Shown: piece by piece, positions 38,674 to 48,101 of the stretch
Numbering within the stretch: the first letter of the stretch is position 1
Layout of the letters: each line of letters opens with the position of its first letter
Origin: Pseudomonadota bacterium
Lineage (GTDB): Bacteria; Pseudomonadota; Alphaproteobacteria; Rhodobacterales; Rhodobacteraceae
Length of the DNA stretch: 64,000 nucleotides
Direction of reading: 5' to 3'
Assembly (NCBI GenBank): GCA_039026295.1
Contig: JBCCMP010000001.1
Span: forward strand, 260 to 64,259
Position numbers and translations under genes: made by a program
The notes under the pieces: model-generated
What the model saw: the letters and a program-made list of their open reading frames with translations, nothing else
Database searches by the model: none
Told to the model about the DNA's origin: nothing

Positions 38674-38927
38674 CAGGGGATGATTTCGAGCGCTGCGAAG
38701 ACGGAGCGACTGCGGCGCCGCGGCAGGTGGCAAACGCGCACGACCCGTGCCTGGGCGCCATGGTCTGTCTCCCCCGAAAGCGGTCGCGCGACAATGTGTG
38801 ACCGAAAGCGAGACAACAGCGGGGCTTGTGTCGCCGGTTAAACTTTTGATAACACCGCGCCATTGCGGAGCCAGACTGATCAGCCAGCATACTTTTTTAT
38901 CCGGCACAAAGATCGGTGGGGAGATCA

Positions 38928-39140
38928 ATGGCTGTCGCACATCCTGAACCTGACGAGAATACCCGTTTTGCTGACCTGAACAGCGATGTGCTGGACAGGA
39001 TTCATGCATCCTACCGGGACATGATCCTGCACGACGGATACGGCGAAATGCGCGTCGAGGTCAAAATCCTGAAACGCGGTCAGAAAGAAGTGATCGTCCA
39101 CTTTGGCAAGCAGTACCGGTTCGTCGTCGATGCCGGTTAA
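38928..39140 (+). CDS. Small hypothetical protein (70 aa) heading the secretin operon
   Basis: SD GGGGAG; MAVAHPEP...HDGYGEMRVEVKILKRGQKEVIVHFGKQYRFVVDAG; protein-like composition. Confidence 0.75.
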   Translation: MAVAHPEPDENTRFADLNSDVLDRIHASYRDMILHDGYGEMRVEVKILKRGQKEVIVHFGKQYRFVVDAG

Positions 39141-39663
39141 CCTGCTTCAAAGCTGCGCTGCAGGCGCGGTGACGGCCGGCCGTGCGATGGCCCTGAACGG
39201 GCCCCTTTGCTGCTTTGCAGCCTGGCTGCTTTTCAGCATCGCCGCTCTGCCTGCATTTGCGCAGACCGAAGAAAGTGCGGCCGGACAGCCAGCGCAAGAG
39301 CCGTTGCCCGCCGGGCAGGTCAACGCAACATCAGAACGGGCCGATCCGTTCTCGCCAACGGAGGTCTTTGAAAATCCGACCGGTGTCAGCCCTGAGGTCC
39401 GCCAGCGCCGGTTCATTCCGTCAGCGACCCGGCCGGCCCGGCTGCCTGAATTGCGACTGCGCGGCATTGCCCGGGGCGTCGGCGATGAATCGGCCACGGT
39501 GCTGCTGGAGATCGACGGATACGGGACATACATTGTCACCGAGGGGGACACGATTTCCCTGCAGAACCTGCCCGCCGAAAATGTCATCCGGATCCGGGAG
39601 ATCACTCCGATCAGCGTGATCATCGAAGCCGGATCGTTCGGCGAACTGATCGTGGTCCGGTAA
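39130..39663 (+). CDS. PilP/GspC-like periplasmic protein
   Basis: Signal peptide, RADPFSPT motif, LRLRGI...ATVLLEI..YIVTEGDTI beta domain; directly upstream of the secretin. Start may be 39187. Confidence 0.7.
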   Translation: MPVNLLQSCAAGAVTAGRAMALNGPLCCFAAWLLFSIAALPAFAQTEESAAGQPAQEPLPAGQVNATSERADPFSPTEVFENPTGVSPEVRQRRFIPSATRPARLPELRLRGIARGVGDESATVLLEIDGYGTYIVTEGDTISLQNLPAENVIRIREITPISVIIEAGSFGELIVVR

Positions 39664-39667
39664 GCCC

Positions 39668-41758
39668 ATGCCACGTCTTCTGATCATCCTTTTCGCAGCT
39701 CTGCTGCTGACGCTTCACCCGCAGCAGGGCGCGGCCCAGGGCCCGCCTGGTCCACGTATCGAGCGGATCGAGTTTCGCGACACCACGGTCAGCGAAGCGG
39801 TGCGCCTGGTCGCGGAACTGTCAGGCGCGAATGTCTTTGCCACCGGCGAGGCCGGCGACCGGCGTCTGACCATGATCGTCAACAACACGACTGTCCGGGG
39901 GGCGATCTCTTCGATTGCGCGGGTCACCGGACTGTCGTTCACCTATGACGAGGAAACCCGGGCCTACCTGCTGCTGACGCCCGAACAGTTCGCCAACGAG
40001 GTGGTCGTGATCCGCGACGGTGACACGCGGATCTTCACATTGCGCCACCAGAACGTGGTGACGGCGGCCAAAATCATCGAGAACCTGTTCGGAGACCGCG
40101 TTTCCCTGAACCTCGACACAGAAGACCCCGATGCGCTCGTCATACCGGACTCGGCCATTCAGGCCAGCCGCACGGTCGGCGGCGGCAGCTCTGGCAGCAA
40201 CAACAACAACAATGATGAAAGCGGCAGTTCGAACAGCAACGATGACGGCGAGGACCTGGACCTTAACGAGCTGACACCGACCCAGATCCTGCGTCTTTTG
40301 GAGATCAACCGCCCGGGCCAGGCGGCGGTCAGTGACGCGGCCGAATTCCTGGGGCTGGAGCCCACGATCTTCATTACCGTCAATCGCGACCACAATCTTC
40401 TGTTTGTCAGGACCGCCGACGAAAGCGCGCTGAAGGCCGTCCAGAAGATCATCGCGGCCACGGACCGGCCGACCAAGCAGGTCCTGCTGGAGATGAAGAT
40501 CCTCTCGCTGAACCTGGATGACGAATTCAGGTCGATCTTCAACTTCGGGCTTTCGGGCGATGCGGACGGGTTCCTCTCGCCGCGCGGGACGGGAACCGTC
40601 GGAACCACCGGTGCCGAACTGGGCAACTTCCCGCTGCAGGGCGGCACCCTTTTCTTCCAGTTCATCAACAGAAACCTGCTGTCACAGATCGAACTGCTGG
40701 AAAGCGAAGGCCGGGTCAGAACGATCGCCACGCCCCTGCTGGTTGCCTCGAACAATTCCCCGGCTGAGCTTTTCGTCGGCGACGAGGTCGTATTGGTCCG
40801 CGGCTTCGAGTCCGACACGGTGGCCAATGAAAACTCGACAGTGACCACCCAGACCACCCAGACCGAAATCCGGGAGGTGGGCCAGACGCTGGAGATCCTG
40901 CCCCGCATAAACGGTGACGGAACGATCACACTGGTCGTGCGCCAGGAAAGCTCGACCGTGATCCCGGGCGGCTCGTCGGTGTCGACGTTCACGACCGGCG
41001 GCGACCCGATCACCATTGATATCGACACGGTCAACACGGCCCGTGTCGCAGGAACCGTAACGGCGCTGAACGGAACAACCATCGCATTTGGCGGACTGAT
41101 CAGCGAAACCAATGCCGTCACCGAGGATCAGGTTCCGATCCTGGGCGATATCCCGGTTCTGGGAACCGCATTCAGCGGCGACGTGGAGGAGGATGCCCGC
41201 AACGAGCTGGTCATCATGATCACTCCCCACGTCTATTCGAATGCGCAGACCGGAGAACAGGTCGCACGCCGCCGGCTGGCGGAACTGTCGCGCAACCCCG
41301 AAATAGATCGTGGCGGGTTCGAGGGTTCGGACAAAGGATCGCCTGCCACCACCAGTCGCGACGACAAACAGAGCTATGTCGCCCTGACCAGGTTCGCAGC
41401 CGCCATGGCGCACGGCGTGCTGCCGCCGCAGAACGGCACCTACCGCGGCATCGTTCCCACCGAATTGCGCGGAGGCGCGCCTTTGACATTCGGCCTTACC
41501 CGCAGTGTCGTCGCAGAGCCGGTCGCGATATGGCGCAAGGGCGGCGTTTACGTGACAACGGTGCTGCTGGAAAATACGTCGGACAACGTCGCCGTACTGG
41601 ATCCGCGCCAGCTACGCGGAAACTGGCTGGCCGCCACGCTGGAACGCGATGTCCTGGAACCGCGCGGTCAGGTGGGGTCGCGGGATTATCTTTACCTGCT
41701 GTCGAACAGACCGTTTGAAGACGTGACAGGCGAGCAGGCTTTGGGGGGAGCGCTATGA
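39668..41758 (+). CDS. Secretin (GspD/PilQ family) with C-terminal DUF3438-like extension
   Basis: Signal peptide; IEFRDTTV N0 domain; TDRPTKQVLLEMKI; IATPLLVASNNSPAELFVGD; VPILGDIPVLGTAF..NELVIMITPHV; extra ~130-aa tail. Confidence 0.9.
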   Translation: MPRLLIILFAALLLTLHPQQGAAQGPPGPRIERIEFRDTTVSEAVRLVAELSGANVFATGEAGDRRLTMIVNNTTVRGAISSIARVTGLSFTYDEETRAYLLLTPEQFANEVVVIRDGDTRIFTLRHQNVVTAAKIIENLFGDRVSLNLDTEDPDALVIPDSAIQASRTVGGGSSGSNNNNNDESGSSNSNDDGEDLDLNELTPTQILRLLEINRPGQAAVSDAAEFLGLEPTIFITVNRDHNLLFVRTADESALKAVQKIIAATDRPTKQVLLEMKILSLNLDDEFRSIFNFGLSGDADGFLSPRGTGTVGTTGAELGNFPLQGGTLFFQFINRNLLSQIELLESEGRVRTIATPLLVASNNSPAELFVGDEVVLVRGFESDTVANENSTVTTQTTQTEIREVGQTLEILPRINGDGTITLVVRQESSTVIPGGSSVSTFTTGGDPITIDIDTVNTARVAGTVTALNGTTIAFGGLISETNAVTEDQVPILGDIPVLGTAFSGDVEEDARNELVIMITPHVYSNAQTGEQVARRRLAELSRNPEIDRGGFEGSDKGSPATTSRDDKQSYVALTRFAAAMAHGVLPPQNGTYRGIVPTELRGGAPLTFGLTRSVVAEPVAIWRKGGVYVTTVLLENTSDNVAVLDPRQLRGNWLAATLERDVLEPRGQVGSRDYLYLLSNRPFEDVTGEQALGGAL

Positions 41759-42042
41759 CGGGACCGCAACGCGGCAGATACTTGACGCAGGCGATCATGG
41801 CCGGGTTCTGCATCGCGGCCCTGGTGGGCTGCGACGGCGTTCGCGGCGCATCGAACTATGCCAAACGGGAAGCGTTCAGCGCCAGCTTCGAACAGATTCC
41901 GCTGATCGAGACCGGCCTCGCCCAGGATCGCGCACTGCAGATGTATGTCTTCACGGACAACGGGTACATTACGGAAAACGGCGTCGGTGTGATACGGTCC
42001 GGGTATCCGGTTCGTTTCTCCGCGGCGATCGACCGTCGATAA
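41755..42042 (+). CDS. Small lipoprotein (possible pilotin)
   Basis: ATGA overlap with the secretin; lipobox LVG|C. Confidence 0.55.
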   Translation: MTGPQRGRYLTQAIMAGFCIAALVGCDGVRGASNYAKREAFSASFEQIPLIETGLAQDRALQMYVFTDNGYITENGVGVIRSGYPVRFSAAIDRR

Positions 42043-42145
42043 AAGATCGTGGCCTGCGTTGACCGCGATCAGAGTTTGCCTAGGTTCCCCGACGGCGTGT
42101 GGGCGCGCTGATAAATCTCTACCGGTCGCGACGACGGTAGTCTGA

Positions 42146-43645
42146 ATGGAAGGTCTGATGGCCGACGTGATGCAAGCAGAGGTGACCGGGAAGGAGCGGT
42201 ATTCCACCGTGTTCCTTGCGATCATCGTCGCGGTATCGCTGGGCCTGTTCGGATACTTTGGCCTGATGCTCTACGATCGTCTGGTCGTCGGTGCCTATGG
42301 AAATGATCCCGATGCGCTGGCGTTCATGACCGAAGCCGACCCACGCATGCTGTCGGCCGGCGACCTGACCTCGTTCCGGTATGACGATCAGGCATACACC
42401 CAGCCCGCGGCCAACCTGGATTGGCGCAGGGCGGTCCTGTTTGACGAAGGCGACGGACACCTGGAACGGCCGTTCCAGCCTGCAAAGACCAGCAGCCTGG
42501 GCGCGAACAATGACGGACTTGGCCCGCTTTACAACGCGAAGAGTTGCGAGGGCTGCCATCAGGCGAACGGGCGCACGCTGCCGATCCCCGGCCAGGGATA
42601 TCTGGTGCGTCTGTCGATTCCGGGCACGGACGCGCATGGCGGGCCGAAACCGCACCCGTTTTACGGTGGGCAGTTCGGCGATGTCGCGGTCGAAGGCATC
42701 GCGCCAGAGGGAAAGGTCGATATCGCATACACCGAGATTGACGGCCGATACGGCGATGGTGAGCCCTACACCCTGATCAAGCCAGAGATCAGACTGACAG
42801 AACTCGGTTACGGCCCGATGGGCAGCGACACGATGATGTCGGCCCGGGCACCGCTGTCGCTCTACGGCCTTGGCCTTCTGGAGGCGATCGACGACGAGCA
42901 GTTGCTGGCCTGGACCGATCCGGACGACGCGGACGGCGATGGAATTTCAGGCCGCGTCAACCGTGTCTGGGATTTCGAATTCCAGAAGGTTTCGCTGGGG
43001 CGTTTCGGATGGAAGTCCGAGCAGCCTTCACTGATGACGCAGTCTGCCGATGCGGCGGCAAACGACATGGGCGTGACAACCGCGCTTCTGCCCAACCAGA
43101 CCTGCACAGACGCTCAGCCGGGCTGTCAGCAGGCCCTGCACGGCGGCAACGAAAAGGGCGAGGAACTTGACTACATCTCGCTGATTCAGACGGCCGGTTA
43201 CATGCAGTTCCTCGCGGTTCCGGCCCGCGGCCATGTCGACCACCCGCAGGTGATGCGCGGTGAGGCGTTGTTCAAAGAGATCGGCTGTGTGTCGTGCCAC
43301 AAGGCTGAAATCGTGACGGGGCAGACCCATGAGTACGCGCGGCTGCACGGTCAGCGGATACAACCTTTCACCGACCTTCTGCTGCACGACATGGGCGAGG
43401 GGCTGTCGGACAACCGTCCAAGCTTCGAGGCCGACGGCCGCGAATGGCGGACACCGCCACTCTGGGGCATCGGACTTTTGAAAACCGTCAACGGGCACAC
43501 CCGCCTTCTGCATGACGGACGCGCACGGAACTTCGCGGAGGCGATCCTGTGGCACGGCGGCGAAGCCGAGGCGGCGAAAGAAGCGTTCCGCCTGTCCCCG
43601 GCAGAGGATCGCGAGGCGATCATCAAATTCCTGAAATCGCTTTGA
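42146..43645 (+). CDS. Di-heme oxidoreductase family protein (DHOR/DUF1111)
   Basis: GLGPLYNAKSCEGCH and GCVSCH heme motifs, GLGLLEAI, DPDDADGDGISGR, GRFGWK, TDLLLHDMG, WRTPPLWG, LLHDGRAR; N-terminal TM. Confidence 0.92.
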   Translation: MEGLMADVMQAEVTGKERYSTVFLAIIVAVSLGLFGYFGLMLYDRLVVGAYGNDPDALAFMTEADPRMLSAGDLTSFRYDDQAYTQPAANLDWRRAVLFDEGDGHLERPFQPAKTSSLGANNDGLGPLYNAKSCEGCHQANGRTLPIPGQGYLVRLSIPGTDAHGGPKPHPFYGGQFGDVAVEGIAPEGKVDIAYTEIDGRYGDGEPYTLIKPEIRLTELGYGPMGSDTMMSARAPLSLYGLGLLEAIDDEQLLAWTDPDDADGDGISGRVNRVWDFEFQKVSLGRFGWKSEQPSLMTQSADAAANDMGVTTALLPNQTCTDAQPGCQQALHGGNEKGEELDYISLIQTAGYMQFLAVPARGHVDHPQVMRGEALFKEIGCVSCHKAEIVTGQTHEYARLHGQRIQPFTDLLLHDMGEGLSDNRPSFEADGREWRTPPLWGIGLLKTVNGHTRLLHDGRARNFAEAILWHGGEAEAAKEAFRLSPAEDREAIIKFLKSL

Positions 43646-43668
43646 ACTTTTTCAACAGGCAGGATGCG

Positions 43669-44802
43669 ATGAAGCGCGCAGGCAATGCGTTGCGGGCTGC
43701 CGAGCGCGGGCTGGAGGCAGGCGCGATCCGGCTTGCCGACCTGACGGAATCTGCGGTGGCCCGTGCGGGCCCGGTGATCGGAAAGGGCGTGAAGGGTGCA
43801 TCCGCTCTGCTGGACCGGGATCTGACCGGCAAGACGGAACAGGTCGAAACCTTTGCCACGCCCGCACCCGAAGCCTTTGCGCTGCCACCGCTGGAGACAC
43901 CGGTTCCCGGGCTGCAACCGGCGATTACGGCGATCTCCGGCTGTCTGATTGGGCAGGACAGGCTGATCCGTCTGGCTCTCGCCTGTTACGTTGCCGGGGG
44001 CCATCTTCTGCTGGAAGGCCCGCCGGGGCTGGGCAAGACGACGCTGGCACGTGCCCTCGCCGCCATAACGGGCCGTGATTTTCGCCGCATCCAGTTCACG
44101 GCCGATCTGATGCCCGGTGATGTGACCGGCGTGCCCGTGTTCGAGCCGGACCGGAACGGCTTTCGTTTTCACGAGGGGCCGATCTTTTCCCGGATCGTTC
44201 TGGCAGACGAAATCAATCGTGCATCGCCCCGCGCACAGAGCGCCCTTCTTGAGGCGATGGAGGAAGGCCAGGTGTCCGTCGACGGCGAAAGCCGCGCGCT
44301 GCCCGACGGTTTTTTTGTCGTCGCGACACAGAACCCTGTCGGACAGATCGGAGCGTTTCCCCTGCCGGAAAGCCAGCTTGACCGGTTCCTGATGCGCCTC
44401 GAATTCTCGCATCCCGGCCGGCTGCACGAACTGGACGTTCTCCGCCACGGTGACATGCGCGCCGATGCATCCGAACTGGAGGCCGTCGGGGCAGACCTTG
44501 ACCGGGGCTCAGGCCCGATCGATGCGGTGGGCGTCTCGGACCGGATGCTGGCGTATGTGCAGGATCTGGTGGAAAGGTCCCGGGATCCGGGCCGCTTTGC
44601 CATGGGCCTTTCCGTGCGCGCAGGCCTTGGGCTGATGCGGGCGGCACGGTCATGGACCTGGATGCACGGGCGCGACCATGTCGAACCGGAAGACATCCAG
44701 AATGTCTTCGCCGCGGTGGCCGGACACCGCATTGTTGCGCATGCCGGGACAGGATCCGGCAATCCGGCCGATGCGGTTCTCCATGCCACAGCGATCCCCT
44801 GA
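43669..44802 (+). CDS. MoxR-family AAA+ ATPase
   Basis: HLLLEGPPGLGKT, RIQFTADLMPGD, LADEINRA, ATQNP, LPESQLDRF. Confidence 0.93.
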   Translation: MKRAGNALRAAERGLEAGAIRLADLTESAVARAGPVIGKGVKGASALLDRDLTGKTEQVETFATPAPEAFALPPLETPVPGLQPAITAISGCLIGQDRLIRLALACYVAGGHLLLEGPPGLGKTTLARALAAITGRDFRRIQFTADLMPGDVTGVPVFEPDRNGFRFHEGPIFSRIVLADEINRASPRAQSALLEAMEEGQVSVDGESRALPDGFFVVATQNPVGQIGAFPLPESQLDRFLMRLEFSHPGRLHELDVLRHGDMRADASELEAVGADLDRGSGPIDAVGVSDRMLAYVQDLVERSRDPGRFAMGLSVRAGLGLMRAARSWTWMHGRDHVEPEDIQNVFAAVAGHRIVAHAGTGSGNPADAVLHATAIP

Positions 44803-45661
44803 CGGCGTGCCGGCGATCGCCCGACGGTTCACTGCGCGCGGGCTTCTGCTGATCATTCTCTCGGTCGGGCTGTTTTTGATGGCGGTCCACTTCTCGAACA
44901 ACGTGCTGTTCCTGATCAGCTTTCTGATGTTCAGCCTCGCAGTCGTCGCGGTCATCACCCAGTGGCGGGCGCTTTCAGGCGTGGCGGCGCACCTGATCCC
45001 GCCGCCGGTCGCTGCGGCCGCATCCCCGGCGCGGGTGCGGTTTTCGATGGAACGGATGACGTCCGGTCTTCGTGTTGAAACGCCTCTGGGGACAGCGCTT
45101 TCCGATGGCGGCGATCTGATGATCGACCTGCGAAACCCTGCGAGGGGCCATTACGCACTGACCCCGGCAAAGCTGGTGGCGCGCGATCCGTTCGGTCTGT
45201 TCCAGGCGGCGCGTGATCTTTCGGTTGCCGAGGCGCCGCCGGATGCATTGCTGACCGTCTACCCGGCCCCGGACTGGGCGGCGCCGGCACCGGCCGGTGC
45301 GGCGGCGAACCCGGCGGCCACCGGCCGTGCCCGAGGCGAGATGGCGGGCTTGCGGCCCTATCGCGCGGGGGACAGCCCCGGCGATGTTTCGTGGCACCAC
45401 AGCGCCCGGCACGACGGGTTGCTGGTCAAGGAGTACGAAGCGGACCCGCGCCTTGGCGCGCGCCAATACGATTGGGCCTCGGTCGCCGGGCGCGGTACGG
45501 AAGCGGCCCTCTCCGCGCTGTCGGCTGCCGTTCTGACCAGCGCCCGGGACGGTGCGGCCGTCGGGCTCGACCTGCCGGGACAGTCCATCGCGCCGGGGCG
45601 TGGCCCCGGGCATCTCGCGACCCTGCTGGGCGCCCTCGCCGTCTTCAGGCGGGACGGATGA
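44783..45661 (+). CDS. DUF58 protein (MoxR partner)
   Basis: Two N-terminal TMs, DPFGLF, GLRPYRAGD..VSWHHSAR..LLVKEY. Confidence 0.85.
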   Translation: MPQRSPDGVPAIARRFTARGLLLIILSVGLFLMAVHFSNNVLFLISFLMFSLAVVAVITQWRALSGVAAHLIPPPVAAAASPARVRFSMERMTSGLRVETPLGTALSDGGDLMIDLRNPARGHYALTPAKLVARDPFGLFQAARDLSVAEAPPDALLTVYPAPDWAAPAPAGAAANPAATGRARGEMAGLRPYRAGDSPGDVSWHHSARHDGLLVKEYEADPRLGARQYDWASVAGRGTEAALSALSAAVLTSARDGAAVGLDLPGQSIAPGRGPGHLATLLGALAVFRRDG

Positions 45662-47730
45662 AAGCGCCGCTTCTGCCTTTTCTGGCCTATGCCAGCCTTC
45701 TGCATCTGGTGCATCTGCCCTGGGCGATGATCGCTGTCCTGCTGGGGGCCGTGCTGCTGTCGCTGGCCACGCCCCGTCTTCCGGAACATGTCCGTACCCT
45801 GTCGCTGTCGGTTTATGCCGTTGCTGCTGTGGGCCTGTTGCTGCTGGGTTACGAATGGTGGGAAGGCCGGTTCATCGCGACGGTTATCGCCACCGCGGGC
45901 TGGCTGAAACTGGGCGAAGTGAACCGCCCGCGCGACGGCCTGCTGGTCTGGATCGCCGCGCTCTGGACGCTGTGCATGGCCGTGCTCTGGCTGTCGCCGG
46001 GCACGGCGTTGCTTGCCGCCGTGCCAGGCCTTGGACTTGCGCTCTGTGCGCTGGCATCGCTGGACGGCCGCGCCCGGCCGCGCCCCATGCTGACGCAGAT
46101 CGCACTTGCACTGCCGCTGGCGGCGATCCTCTTCGTCTTCACGCCCCGGATTACCGGCAATCTGGGGGTGCTCGGCTTTGCCCTTGGCATTCCGCTGATC
46201 ATCGAGACCGAGGCGGAGAAAAAGCGCGACCCGATGCGGGACGGCCTTACAATGGGCGAGATGGCCGACCGGGCCGCTGACACGGATCTCAGGGTTCTTG
46301 TGGCGACGTTTTTCGGCGGATCGGGCAAATTCTACAACGGCGCGCCGCCGCTGGGTGATCTTTACTGGCGCGGCCCCGTGCTCTGGACCTTCGCCGATGG
46401 TCAGTGGAGCGGGCGCGAGGGATGGCAGACCCGCACGGCCCGCATGCGCGGCAAGATCACCCACCAGACACTGGACGCGGAACTGCGCGAGACGGGTCTG
46501 ATCTCGGTCTATGACGTCAAGCTTTTCCCGCACCGCGGCCATTGGCTTTACGCGATGGACTTCCCGGCCGCCGTGCCGCCGTCAACCTTCATCACCCGCG
46601 ATTACCAGCTGCAGAACCTCAACCCGGTGCGCGAGATTCTGAACTATCCGATGATGTCCTATCTGGACTACCGCGCCGGGCCTGATCTGGATGAAGAGAC
46701 CCGCGCGCTGGCACTGCAGTATCCGGACGGCGCGAACCCGAAAACGCTGGCCCTGGGCCAGGCACTGCTTGCCGAACATCAGCAACCGATCGAGATCGCC
46801 AAGGCCGGGATGGCACACTTCAAGGGTGACTTCGCCTACGGCATGCATTTCGGCGGTATCGACGGCGCGAACGCGGTGGACCGGTTCCTGTTCGACCGCA
46901 GGTCCGGCTATGCCGGGCACTATGCCACGGCCTATGCGCTGATGATGCGGGCGGCCGGCATTCCGACCCGCATGGTCGTCGGCTATCGCGGCGGCGTCCA
47001 TCTTGGCCTGACCAACAAGGTCTACGTGATGGAGAACAATGCCCACGCCTGGGCCGAGATCTGGCTGGACCGGTACGGATGGGTCCGCATGGATCCCGCC
47101 ACGGTATTTGCCGGTGACGGCAAGGCCGAAACCGACGGCTGGGGTCTGGGCGAGGGGCTCGGCCCGTCGCCAGAGGAAGACGTGCGGGAAGAAGAGGAAG
47201 AGGGGCCCGCCGCGGGACAGGCCTTCGAGACCGCCGATGCTGACAGCTTCCGGACCTCGGCCGCCAGCGGACGAGAAGAGGCAAGCTGGTGGTCGCGCTG
47301 GGTGACCGATCTGGATGCGCGTGCGCAGGTCGAGATCCTGAAGGGGCTGTCGCTGGACGGATCGTGGCGCAACCTGCTTGCCCTGGGCGGCGCACTGCTG
47401 GCGGCCATCGCCGGTGTGATGCTGGCCGCCAGTGTCCTTTGGCGGGTGTGGCGGCGGCGGCAGCTTCCGCGGATCGATCAACTGGCCGCATGGGCCACTG
47501 GCACGCTGCGCGGCCCGGCGCGGCGTCCCTGCGAGGGGTTCCGAAGCTATGTTCTGGCCCGCACAGCGGATGTCTCCGAACCGGCCACGGTGAAGCGCAG
47601 GCTCGACGGTCTCTGCCGCGAGATGTCCGCTGCGCTCTATGCGGACGCGTCCTTAGCCAGAGATTGGCCCGACCGATGGCGCGGACTGCTGAAAGATCTG
47701 AAGGCTGCGCGCTCTGGCGCATCGCCGTGA
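45658..47730 (+). CDS. TgpA-like membrane transglutaminase-domain protein (DUF3488 + TGase), catalytic Cys replaced by Ala
   Basis: Multi-TM N-terminus, LYWRG, VDRFLFDRRSGYAGHYATA..MRAAGIPTRMVVGY, AHAWAEIW..WVRMDP. Confidence 0.85.
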   Translation: MKAPLLPFLAYASLLHLVHLPWAMIAVLLGAVLLSLATPRLPEHVRTLSLSVYAVAAVGLLLLGYEWWEGRFIATVIATAGWLKLGEVNRPRDGLLVWIAALWTLCMAVLWLSPGTALLAAVPGLGLALCALASLDGRARPRPMLTQIALALPLAAILFVFTPRITGNLGVLGFALGIPLIIETEAEKKRDPMRDGLTMGEMADRAADTDLRVLVATFFGGSGKFYNGAPPLGDLYWRGPVLWTFADGQWSGREGWQTRTARMRGKITHQTLDAELRETGLISVYDVKLFPHRGHWLYAMDFPAAVPPSTFITRDYQLQNLNPVREILNYPMMSYLDYRAGPDLDEETRALALQYPDGANPKTLALGQALLAEHQQPIEIAKAGMAHFKGDFAYGMHFGGIDGANAVDRFLFDRRSGYAGHYATAYALMMRAAGIPTRMVVGYRGGVHLGLTNKVYVMENNAHAWAEIWLDRYGWVRMDPATVFAGDGKAETDGWGLGEGLGPSPEEDVREEEEEGPAAGQAFETADADSFRTSAASGREEASWWSRWVTDLDARAQVEILKGLSLDGSWRNLLALGGALLAAIAGVMLAASVLWRVWRRRQLPRIDQLAAWATGTLRGPARRPCEGFRSYVLARTADVSEPATVKRRLDGLCREMSAALYADASLARDWPDRWRGLLKDLKAARSGASP

Positions 47731-48003
47731 AAACCTTATGCGCCTTCGTTGCCGCAGGGGCGTGCGGGCGCCAATCGCCGTTCCAGGACTTCGGACATGT
47801 GACATCAGCCAATCGATCCAGCGCTTTGAATTGCCGGGAAGGTGCGTTACATCCCCGCCAAGGCATAGCTAGCAGTCGCCAGCCGATCACAGAACTGGGG
47901 GCTGGGTGTGACGCTCTACTCGGACATGACCAAGACCGATGCAACCGGTGTCTTTCAGAGCACCGGGCGGCAAGGCGCCTGTCGCAGAAACATCTTGAAT
48001 ACG

Positions 48004-48093
48004 CGCAGTTCTGACGGTCGCAATTCTGACAGGCGCAGTTCTGTCGGTCGCAGTTCTGATGGACGCAAGTCCGACAGGCGCAGTTCTGAAAGG
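48004..48093 (+). repeat. 15-bp tandem repeat x6 immediately upstream of the SPFH operon RBS
   Basis: CGCAGTTCTGACGGT-type units x6, then CATGGAGGGTG. Confidence 0.85.
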
Positions 48094-48101
48094 CATGGAG
48101 G

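Noticed and set aside
40186-40245. AAC trinucleotide run in the secretin (GSSGSNNNNNDES)
   Set aside because: In-frame low-complexity loop of the kind common in GspD N3 domains; not a phase-variation tract.
48004-48093. Possible CRISPR or mini-array (also 37656-37730 and 23240-23308)
   Set aside because: Units are 14-15 bp and directly abut with no unique spacers; no cas genes in the window.
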